Of a stretch of 64,000 bases of DNA, positions 38,000 through 47,771 are shown piece after piece. Source of the DNA: Trichosphaerium sp. ATCC 40318 (Eukaryota > Protista > Tubulinea); contig JALMLS010000155.1 in assembly GCA_038496445.1 (NCBI GenBank), positions 158,064 through 222,063 of the forward strand, given 5' to 3'. A program made the position numbers and the translations under genes. The first letter of the stretch is position 1. Each line of letters starts with the position of its first letter. The notes under the pieces are model-generated. The model was given only the letters and a program-made list of their open reading frames with translations, did not search any database and was not told where the DNA came from.

Positions 38000-39577
38000 A
38001 TGTCTGACAAAACAAAGGGCGACAAACACAAGTCCGGTGGAAAAGCGACAAAGAAGAGCAAAAAAGCAAAGGACCAAGACCCACATAAGGAGTTGCCTGA
38101 CGAGATATCTAATTCCGAGTCGGAGGGCGAAGGAGAAGTGAAACTCGCTCATGTTGGGTACATCCAGGTTAAAGCAAAGGGAAAGTTCAAAGCACACTAC
38201 TGTGTGCTTATTGGAGGAACCTTTTATTGGTTTAAGAACAATCTGGTGCGTTTGGGCGAATGTTGTTTTTTTAGCTTTTTTGTTCGTACAAGCCTTTGTG
38301 ACGAGAAAAAACGCGTACAATGGCAATGGTGTGGCGTACGCGGCGTACAAAAAACAGTTTTGCAAACAGTTTTTGAAACAACTCAGCGATCCTAAACAGA
38401 TCTCGTCGAGTGCATCGTTATTTGCACGCACGCGCCTTTCAACCCAACTCGAAATTCCAGACATCGTTCCTAACCTCGTGCTTCAGGATCAAACGCCGGC
38501 AGGTAAAGTGGAGCTAGCAGCCGCAAAAATTGATTCCAAGAGTGATGACAAACACCCTTTCACGCTAACGTTATCTACAAGTGCGTTTTTTTTATTGTTT
38601 TTCCAAAGCGAAAATTAAAACAAAACACCACACGCTTTTTTGAGGGCAAATATTTCGTTTTGATGTAATTTATTATTATTTTTTGATGCTTTAGAATGAC
38701 AAATAACGTGTTGTACTAGGCGAGGGAGCCTTTGAAGGTGCTTGCAGTGCTCCGGGAGACCTTGAAACATGGCTAAAAATGTTGAAGGAGAATAGTTCAC
38801 TTCCTCCGGCGGAACCACCAATGCGCGCTGGTAAAAAGCAGGTGCGCAAATTTTTTCTATCCGAATTGACTGAAAAAAAAAGTTTGCTGTATTTTCTGTA
38901 AAAATTGACTGCAACTACTACACAACACTTGAAAATAGACCCGAGGTTCTGATGTTCTTTTAGTCTAAATCCACGGCTGCCAAAAAGGCAGTAGCAACCA
39001 AATTGTCAACTAGTAAGGTCGGCAAAGGTGTTATTAAGAAGGTAATCAACGACGAGACTGCTGCTCTTCTTGTATCTATTCGCAGAATAATCAAAAAAAC
39101 TTCTGGTCCAAAGAAAGCTGACGAGATCGAAAAAAATATAATCAAGCTAGCTGTCAAATCGTACCTATTGATCGACCGCAAAAAGCTTCAAGGCGACGAA
39201 TTCCTTGTTGCAGATAAACCGCTTCGCGAAGCCTTCGAATTGCTTATCAAATGTTTCAACGGACGAGGCCGTGTTGACCCAAAGGTCCTCCAAGGCGCTT
39301 TCGTGCGTGTAGAAGAGATGCTCAAAAATGCAGAGACCGTCATTACAAACTTACTCGCGCCTCACTTGACTCCAAAGAACATGTTCCGTATCTCCTCTAC
39401 TTTCGGACACCTTGCGCACAATGACTTCCTCAATCAAGTATTCAGAGATGATACCCTTGAAGAGGACTTAGAAAAGCTCATTGATGCTATGGAATAGTAC
39501 GTTTTTTTTTTTGAAAGTTTTCAATCAATTGTGTCTGTACTTACGTTTTTTGTAGCTACACGCAATTCCACTACTAG
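38000..39577 (+). CDS. PH domain fused to a TNFAIP8/TIPE (DUF758) domain
   Basis: HVGYIQVK..FKAHYCVL..FYWFKN..HPFTL..LETWLKML (PH); INDETAALL..KKADEIEKNIIKLAVK..PHLTPKN..RISSTFGHL..FLNQVF (TIPE). Confidence 0.8.
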
Positions 39578-39801
39578 TCAGAAACTTTGTTGTTTTAGCG
39601 TGTCGCTTAGGCCAATCAAACAAATATCAACTTCCTCTGTTGATGCTTGTATCTTGTACACTTAATATTATCGTGCCATTAATGCTTTTGTACGCTGGTT
39701 ACTCGTAGAATTATAATTTACGTTTGAACAATTATTTTGGCTCCTGAAAAGGTTGCGTGTGAAAATTTAGTCAACGCCTAATAATCTTGCTACCTCACAA
39801 G

Positions 39802-41551
39802 ATGCAAGCTTGGTTTTCGTTGTTAGTATTGCTTGTAGGTATTGTGGGTGTACAAGCTTTACCATTTTGTCCTATGAAAGGCTGTGACCCAACCGTTTCT
39901 TATTTGTCGCTTGCAATTGTACCATCTGCACCTTTAGAATTAAAGTGGCAGTTGAATAGCCTCAATGGTACCAGTCTTCGTATCAAAACCGGTGGTGGTT
40001 GCTCTACTGCAGGTAGTAACGCGTATTGTACTGTGCAGAACCTCAATGGTATGATTACATGTGTTGTTACTTGTTTTCGTTATTAAACACCTATTAGGTT
40101 TATTGGCTGTCGCACCAAATGGATCAGTATTGTGGCAATCTCCCATATTGAGCGACGCGTAAAAAGTTAAAGTTCACGTGCTATTTTGTAACGTTAACTA
40201 GTGAAGCGATACCTCTTGTTCTGGGATTTGGTGGCACCGCAGTTATTTCTCACGATGCTGAAAGGTAGTATCTTTTGTACATGTCCTCACTCTTACTTGT
40301 GATTCATTAGTATTGCACTATTAGTGGCAAATGGATCTCCAGGTTGGGCACTATCTTCTACACCAACACTATTTTCTCCAGCTTTGAACAAGAATTTGTT
40401 TTTCGCACGTGACAATATGTTTAGCACAGTAAGCAAGTGTATTTACAGAGCATTAGATCCTTGGTGACAAGAGAAACGGTGGAGTGGTGGCTATCGATCC
40501 AAATGGATTGTCCTATGCCTCTCTTGATTTTACTGTACCTGGTGGGACATTCGGGATTGTTAGTGAGTTACAAAGGTTTTTTTTGTAGTGTCAGTTGCTT
40601 CATTCTAACGTTGAAGGTACACCTCCTGTGATTGGTAACAGAAACTACGTTCTCACTCAATTTCATGCGGACGAGGGGTAAGTTTGTTTCCTTGGTTTAT
40701 CAGACTTATTAAAAGATAAGGAAAGAACAAAAAAATATGTTTTCTGCGTATGCAATTGACCTTCATGTCGCCCTTTCCGGTCGTTTAAATATATCGTGGG
40801 TATATAGTATGGATGGCAATGTTACAAATAGTCAGTATGTTTGTTAATGCATTAAGAAGGGTGATAGATGAGTCTAATTTGTTGTAGGGCGATGTCGGTA
40901 AATGATCCAAAAAGTGGCAGTAATTCTTTGCTTATACCTTACCTCGACACCGATGATGTGTTGCAAATTGTTTGCATTCTTGATAAAGGCGATTCATATG
41001 CTTATCATTGGCAAACATCGTTAAATACCTATAATACAACGTACAGTTCTTTACTGTTAGATACATTTTGGAGATCTTATTTTATTGTAGTGCATTCTTG
41101 GCATCTGACGGTAACGAAATGGTTGTTGCTAGTGTGGCGAATACCTCAATTTTACATTTCGTGGATCTGATTACTGGGTTTATACTCAGAAGTGTGGACA
41201 TGAAGAGATTATTAAACGTGACAAACGACGTAGCGTTACAATATTTTAACACTGCCATACCTAACAAACTCATAGGTATTGATTACAGCGCCTGCTTTGC
41301 TCGTAGGACAAGGGAATAGCAAATATTGTATAGTTCCTGTATTCATTTGTGAAGCTGATACTAGTGTTGTTGTTGCAATAGATATGAATAGCATTTCATT
41401 AGCATGGAGCGTAAAAGTCGGTGTTGGAAAAGAAAATACTGTTGTATCAAATGTAATCGTACTGAACGGAGTTGATGGCCCTTTAGTTGTAGTACCAACA
41501 GCAGCGGGTTTAAAAGCGTTTGGTGAATTGAATAAAAGTGATACGTTTTAA
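39802..41551 (+). CDS. Secreted protein with PQQ/BamB-like beta-propeller repeats
   Basis: Signal peptide MQAWFSLLVLLVGIVGVQA; repeats LAVAPNGSVLWQ, VVAIDPNG, YAID..ISW, VVAID..LAW. Confidence 0.6.
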
Positions 41552-42259
41552 GGCCTATTCTTGTTTTATTCGCACATTTATCACGTGCAAAGGTGTTTCG
41601 AGCTTACGCTCATAGTTGTCTTATCTATCTATAGCTTTTTCTTGTGCCCCATGACTTGTGAGCTATATCTTCTTTGTCTCTTTGCAAAGCAATTTACAAT
41701 GAGGTGCAAAGTTGTTCAATTGTTTGTATTTCTTTGTAGACGCAGATTCGAAGCTAGTATGCTCCATGGGTGCTTATAAGACTCAGTTGTATGTAAATCA
41801 TGTCATAGTATAACCTTAATACGGGTGGTTGTAGGTAGGCAACTACGAAGTAGTGATGTATGGTATTAATTACATTGACTTGTCATGTATATTTCCTTTT
41901 TGATACGGAATACTGTGCTATAGTATACTACCTACATAATTTAGGACGGCATAGAACTAAGTTGCGACGTAGTTCGTTGTCGTTATTTGTCGATGACACT
42001 TTACCCAAATTAATCCCGGCGTCGGGTATTTTTATCCCGTAGCTTCTTAATCCAGCTAACGACAAAAATTCGATACTTACGTAAGCTTAGGGCACACTAT
42101 GTAAGGATGGTGTTATGTACACAGTATAATACGCTGAATTTAGATGACAGACGTTTGTCGTTGCATTAATATGTTCCTGAAAAAAGTAACTTTTTTGTTC
42201 CGTTTGCGGAGTTTCTCAGACAGTCTAGTTTCTCCATATTTAAAAAACTGCATTCCTTC

Positions 42260-43150
42260 ATGTCCAGTCCCGACATCAACAACGCCTCACCGAGAGAAAC
42301 AACAATCCTAATGGACAGTAAAAAGAAAGAAGTATCAGATAAAACATTTAGGACACTGTTCTACTGGAACCTAGCGATGGCTATTTTTCACTTTATTCAG
42401 GCTGTAGCGATATTTGTGCTTGCTGGAGTAAATTCGACTTTCAGAGACTTTAAGCTACCTATTCGACGCCTAGAACTTGTCGTACGCCAGCCAGGCGGCG
42501 TTGGGAACGAGACAGGAGAATTTATCGACTCACAGCTAACTGATGTTGGTAACATTCGTGTAGCTCCCCTCACAGGCATATTTTCTTTGCTCTCGGCTAT
42601 ATTCCACGTTTTGGTGATTCTTCCTTACTTTAACAAATTGTACAAAAACGGTATCAGAGGCGGTTATAACTACTTTCGGTGGATTGAATACTCGCTATCC
42701 TCATCAGTTATGATTTTCCTAATTGCGCTCTTTTTCGGCATCTATGATATTGGCACTTTGGTCCTCATCGTAGCAGCAAACGCTACGTGCATGCTATGTG
42801 GTCTTTTAATGGAACAACTAAATCGGTATACTAAACACGTCAATTGGACACCTTTCCTTGTTGGTTGCTTCATTGAGATATTCCCCTTTGTGGCTATCTT
42901 TATAAGCTTCTTCTCTTCGGGTGGTAGACAAGCTCCAAGTTTTGTAGTTGTAATTTTGTTCGTTGAGATTATTTTCTTTTCTCTATTCGCATTCAACATG
43001 GTATTGCAATACGCAAAATTTTGGAAATGGCGCGACTATGTATTCGGCGAGATTGCCTACCAAGTGCTATCACTTGTTGCAAAAACTCTTCTTGCTTGGA
43101 TTGTGTTCGGAGGTCTAAATCAACCAAACGAATTTGCACAAGCATCATAG
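42260..43150 (+). CDS. Heliorhodopsin, intronless, 296 aa
   Basis: 7-TM ORF with WNLAMAIFHFIQ (TM1 His/Gln), SAIFH (TM2 His), RWIEYSLSSSVM (TM3 counter-ion Glu), GLLME, GEIAYQVLSLVAKTLLAW (retinal-binding Lys); basic N-terminus. Confidence 0.95.
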   Translation: MSSPDINNASPRETTILMDSKKKEVSDKTFRTLFYWNLAMAIFHFIQAVAIFVLAGVNSTFRDFKLPIRRLELVVRQPGGVGNETGEFIDSQLTDVGNIRVAPLTGIFSLLSAIFHVLVILPYFNKLYKNGIRGGYNYFRWIEYSLSSSVMIFLIALFFGIYDIGTLVLIVAANATCMLCGLLMEQLNRYTKHVNWTPFLVGCFIEIFPFVAIFISFFSSGGRQAPSFVVVILFVEIIFFSLFAFNMVLQYAKFWKWRDYVFGEIAYQVLSLVAKTLLAWIVFGGLNQPNEFAQAS

Positions 43151-43259
43151 AAATAAACATCTTTTTTTTGTTTGTTTTTGTCTTTAATTAATTTACAAGT
43201 TGTGCTCACCTTTTTTTAATCGCTTTGTCGTATAAAGTGAGCTGCCACTATATTAGTTT

Positions 43260-43807
43260 CTAGGCTATTCTTCGTCTTGCTCTCGGGATGTCAACAGTTT
43301 TGTTTTCTTAAAGTATTCTGCTACTTTCTTCTTGTTAAGATAAACAGTGGCACCAGCTCCGCAAAACACTTTGTTCTCTACCTACTAGATTTGTTGGTAC
43401 GTTTTCATTTTGCGGTCATGTACCTTGACAGGAATGGCCCATTCGGGTACAACAAAATTTTTGAGTTCTTCTTTGGTTGCCATCGCCAATTGCGCGTACA
43501 GAGTATATTCCGGCGTGATTGCGTTAAATTCTAAGCGAATACAGTCTGTTGTAACTTCGAGGTGTGTTATTTTCGAATTCGGGTCTGGATTGTGGATGAC
43601 ATTATCTTGTACGTTGTTTGACACGTTTTTACCAAGCAAACTCGGCAAAATCTTGTTGAAGCGTTCATTTTGCGCCAGCAATTGTGCCACGCCGTCATGA
43701 GTATTACTAGATTGATTAGACGCGTAGTGACGCTTTGTACGAGACAGGTAAGGAACTTTTGCAATGCAACGTTTATTGGCCCAACGTACGCCCAGTACGG
43801 CACGCAT
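43260..43807 (-). CDS. Hypothetical protein with a mitochondrial-presequence-like N-terminus, 1 intron
   Basis: MRAVLGVRWANKR..RTKRHYAS; long exon, then a GTACAT..TAG intron, then VENKVF..RRRIA*. Confidence 0.55.
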
Positions 43808-43918
43808 GGCCGCGATGTAGCACAAGAAAAAACCTTTTAGCAGTTGTTTAAGTTGTAGTTGGCTGGAAATCAGCAAGCTCAGTTTAAATGTGAGTCTAGG
43901 CAAGCGATTGGCGTTAAT

Positions 43919-44308
43919 CTATAATCTTGCAATCCATCTTCGTTGTAATATGAAATTGACACATGACTTGTTAGAGAAAGTGTACAAAGGTTTGCTTAGA
44001 TCTTCTTTTGAGAGTTTAAAGCCCTCTTCATCCAATACAGAGAGGTTTCGCAAATTATACGCAGACAATGCCTCTTTGACGGTAGTATTAGCAGATAAAG
44101 ATGCTCTGTTCCTCTGTTGTACTAAATTAAAGGTTTTTGCCGTGAATGGTTTTACTGTAACGAAAACAGTAATGTTTCCACTCCCTCGCTCTTTTTGCGG
44201 GTCCCCTGTACCAAACTTTTTTATCTTTGTTTCTGTGGCGTATTCCCAACCGCTCTTTACAAGTTGTGTGGCTACACCACCCGCTAGAGAGGCTAAAACG
44301 ACTGCCAT
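43919..44308 (-). CDS. Intronless hypothetical protein, 129 aa
   Basis: Single ORF from ATG (MAVVLASLAGG) filling an intergenic gap, protein-like composition. Confidence 0.5.
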   Translation of the reverse strand: MAVVLASLAGGVATQLVKSGWEYATETKIKKFGTGDPQKERGSGNITVFVTVKPFTAKTFNLVQQRNRASLSANTTVKEALSAYNLRNLSVLDEEGFKLSKEDLSKPLYTFSNKSCVNFILQRRWIARL

Positions 44309-44461
44309 CACTACAGAGTTTGTACGAATTAAGTTAAACGCGAATTTAGTTGGCAAGTAGTCTCTCAAAAAATCTTGATCCACAAAGGTATTTAATATGC
44401 GACAGCACTAAGCAAAAAGGGTGTTCGTGTAATTTTTAAAGTTGATACAAGTATTTCTCAT

Positions 44462-45455
44462 TTAAATGAGCTTTTTCTTTTTGAAGTACATTTTTAGGTA
44501 GCGTAATTGCAAGTAACCCGCAGTTACAACTAGGATAACTTGCGCCAATGAAAACCAGAATACACGTCCGCTTGTACTCTCTGTTGTGGATCTGAAGCGC
44601 ATCTCTCTTCTCTGAAGAGAAGTGTTAAAAGTGACATGTCATTTTGAAAAAAAAAACCCAAACAATAGTTCGCTTTTATACTATCATCTACTGCGTACCT
44701 TTGAGTATCTTTGGTCAGCCCTAATATTGTCTATTTTTGTCTGAAGGTTTAGAAGGCGGCTATGAATTTCTGTACACACCATTAGTGATGCCGGTTACAA
44801 AAGGTTTTTTTGCATTTTTTTTTGTTCATCAGGAAATGACGTTTTGACACGTACGATCAATATGCTTCTTTTCAGCTGCATTTTCTTGGTCGTTCATTCC
44901 CCATTCTTCGTCTCCCATACCACCCAAGTGGAAGTCCATGTAAAATTTCTGTGAGAGTCAAGAAGAATGACAGTTGAAAAGAATGCGTTTAGCATATTAA
45001 ATAAAACGTTGATTGGCGGATACAAATTTACTGAGGCCTCTCCAACTGGCACTGGTCGTTTGAAAACAAATACTGTGCTCTCCCGCGTCATGACTAGTGA
45101 TAGTGAAGCTACCTTTCTTTGGGTAGTTTCTACGATGTGTTTCTGCGCCCGTTGGGCCATTAACTGTGACCTAAACAGAAAGTTTGTGAATAATAACAAC
45201 TGTTTTATCTATTAGTACCATAATTTCGAACTGCGCGTTATTAATATCCTGTGATCCGGCTTGCATTGACTCAACGCGCCATTGAGCGCCTACGAGGAAG
45301 TCCCTTGGTATCTATTGAAAGGTTACGTCTGCTCTCTTTTTTGACGCGTAGCTAACCTCCTGAACAAAACACTTTCTTTGTCCTTCAGTCATGTGTATGT
45401 ACCAGCAAAATGCGCCAGTGAGGTGCAAAAGTAGCAAGCAACCAACGAGCTTCAT
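44462..45455 (-). CDS. p24/emp24/gp25L cargo receptor, alpha subfamily (TMED9-like)
   Basis: Signal peptide, EGQRKCFVQE, GEHSICF (GOLD), REMRFRSTTESTSGRVFWFSLAQ, C-terminal YFKKKKLI*. Confidence 0.92.
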
Positions 45456-45882
45456 CTTGGTGGTGTTCAACGTGGCAGCTTTGTGAATAAGAGTGGCTGG
45501 TTTTTTTGCTGACTTGACTTTTCCAAACTTATAGTCAATCTATTCACTAAACCTGGACTTACTCGTTGTCTAATTTATTTTCGTTCCATAGAACATACTT
45601 AAGCCTTAGTCTCGTACGTATTCACATTTACGCTCCAGTATTGTTAAACCTTGTACTCCGTATTTTGAATACCTAGTAAGAGTTGTTTGCGAGTCGTCAC
45701 ACGTGCGTGGACTGTTTGTGCAACCAACATTGTATCACGGTTTTAGCTTCTGTCGCTGTCTTAGCTACACATCTACGAGCTTTTTTACTTGATTTGGTCG
45801 AAAGTGAAGCGTCAGTATTGTTGCGTTGAAAAAAAAACTGTATTACAGAAAGGAACTAAGCAACTTTATTAACAGGACCAAC

Positions 45883-47365
45883 CTAATCTTCGCCATTGCG
45901 TGCTGAACGACGTGACCTACGCTCTCCTCGTTGTCTTCTTGGTTCTAGTGTAGGTCTAGAGCCTCCCTGTCTGGCAGCTCGCCTATCGGCTATCTCTTTT
46001 TTCTTTCGATCGATTTCTGCTTGCATTCGTTTAGATTCCTCGTCGGATGAAGATTCTTCGCTGTCACTTTCTTCACTTTTTTCGGCTTCTCTCTCAGCTA
46101 CTCTTTTATCGTAGGCTTTTCTTCTTTCCAATCGTTGTTTCTCTAGATCTTTAAAGCTCCGACCTCTTTCTTTCTCGACCTTGTCACGTGCTACTTTCAT
46201 CTTGTATGCTCTTTTTACAGAATTGGCTTCTCTACCGTCTGTTGGAATTTTCTCGGTGATCTTAGGAACGTCGCTTAGTTCACCACTCTCAACCTTAGAT
46301 TTCACCTTGGCCTGCAAAGGACGAATTTCATCCCAAACATTGTACGTAAAGAAATCACCTACCCACCCCTGATACTCATCTTTTACTGTCCACGTATGGG
46401 ATCCTCCTCTCCAAAGGTCTCCGTTTAGTACCACCGGGGCATCGTATTCTGGATACACGCTTCTTTTTGCAAGGTAGAGTTTGCCACCTGAAATGCGTAT
46501 CATTTTACACTCGTCCTTGTCAGTGAATCGAAACAGTTTCCTTCTCAATCCAGGGACGCCATCGATGTACAGAATAAAAGGAAATCTTTTATACGAGAAG
46601 CCAGTAGGTTGCCAGCGAAGGAGCATTTTTTTATCGGTCCAATCTTTACCCTCCTGCTTTCTGTACAAATCTATGCTGTCTTCAGTAAGATCTGTGCAAA
46701 ATATAATCATATTGGCTGAATGCCAGCATTCTTGTCTTTTGAGTGACTCCGCTTTTTCCTCGTCTACGAAGTTTTCCAGTGGGTATTCAACAGGTCTCCT
46801 TGCAACGATTCTTCTTTTTGTGCTACGACCACTACTCTGTTGGCTTGAGCGAGAAGCTGACGTTTTGGTTTTTGACTCCTTAGGGCGCTTCCCTGGTACC
46901 AACACAAGCTTCCCTCCCTTGATTACTACTGAATCGCCCTTGTACGGTACTTTTAGTGATTTCCCGTTTACACTAACAACACTGTTGTCTTTTTTAATGA
47001 AATTCATGAGCGTTTGGCTCGGAGTAATGGACCTAGATGATGTTCCAGCGCCACATTTCACCTTAATGTCGTATGTGGCCTTATCTTTGTTTGTTATGCT
47101 ACCGGCACTCATTGCTCTTATTGTAGGTAAATATGAGTTGTCTTTTAAGTTCACTTGGAATCGCATGAAACTTGTTCCCAATTCACTTAAGGATCTGTTT
47201 TTCGCAGTAACCTTGCAAGTTATTTGAAAGCCTAGGAACGCAAGTTTTACGATAAACCCACTTGTTCAAAACAGTCCAATAAATACAGCTCTTTATTGGC
47301 ACGAAAGTGTAAAGGAGTTGTTGTAAGTTTGTTTTTACGTCTCCAACATTCTCCGGTTGCGCCAT
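45883..47365 (-). CDS. Hypothetical protein of about 478 aa with one 46-nt intron (47212-47257) and a charged tail
   Basis: ORFs 47183-47365 and 45883-47181 join in frame through TGG|GTTTAT...TGCAAG|GTT; the N-terminus is weakly F-box-like. Confidence 0.6.
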
Positions 47366-47771
47366 GACAGCGCAATCAGTTACAAACAGACTTCCTTTTA
47401 ATTTTCGGACAGTGCACCTAGATGATTGACCATTTACAAACCAACTAGAATTGAATCATGTTTACGCCGTGTCTATGACAATTCTGACGCTGTACGACAT
47501 TGACACATTTTCTTGAACAGGAACTTACAATTTTTGTTTTCTTTTTTGCTTAGGATTTGCTGTTTTTATTTAGTTAAAAGTTGAAAGATGCGTGAGCCAT
47601 TCTAAATCCTGGATCACTATTGCTATAGGCCCTAGCACTCAAATACCAAACGTCAATTGAAGATTTTCATAAAAAGCGTTGAAAAAAATCACGGAAAAAA
47701 GGCAGAACACAAAAGAGTCAATGAAAACCAGTATTTTATTCTTGTAGCTTCAAATCATTATTGTAAACAAC

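Noticed and set aside
42011-42042. Overlapping small inverted repeats (ATCCCG/CGGG) upstream of the heliorhodopsin
   Set aside because: Stems are too short to support a terminator or ncRNA call.
46481-47227. 248-aa plus-strand ORF (also 37733-38464 on the minus strand)
   Set aside because: Antisense shadows of real coding regions, with no motifs of their own.
47165-47260. Apparent programmed frameshift between ORFs 47183-47365 and 45883-47181
   Set aside because: A 46-nt GT-AG intron joins them in frame.
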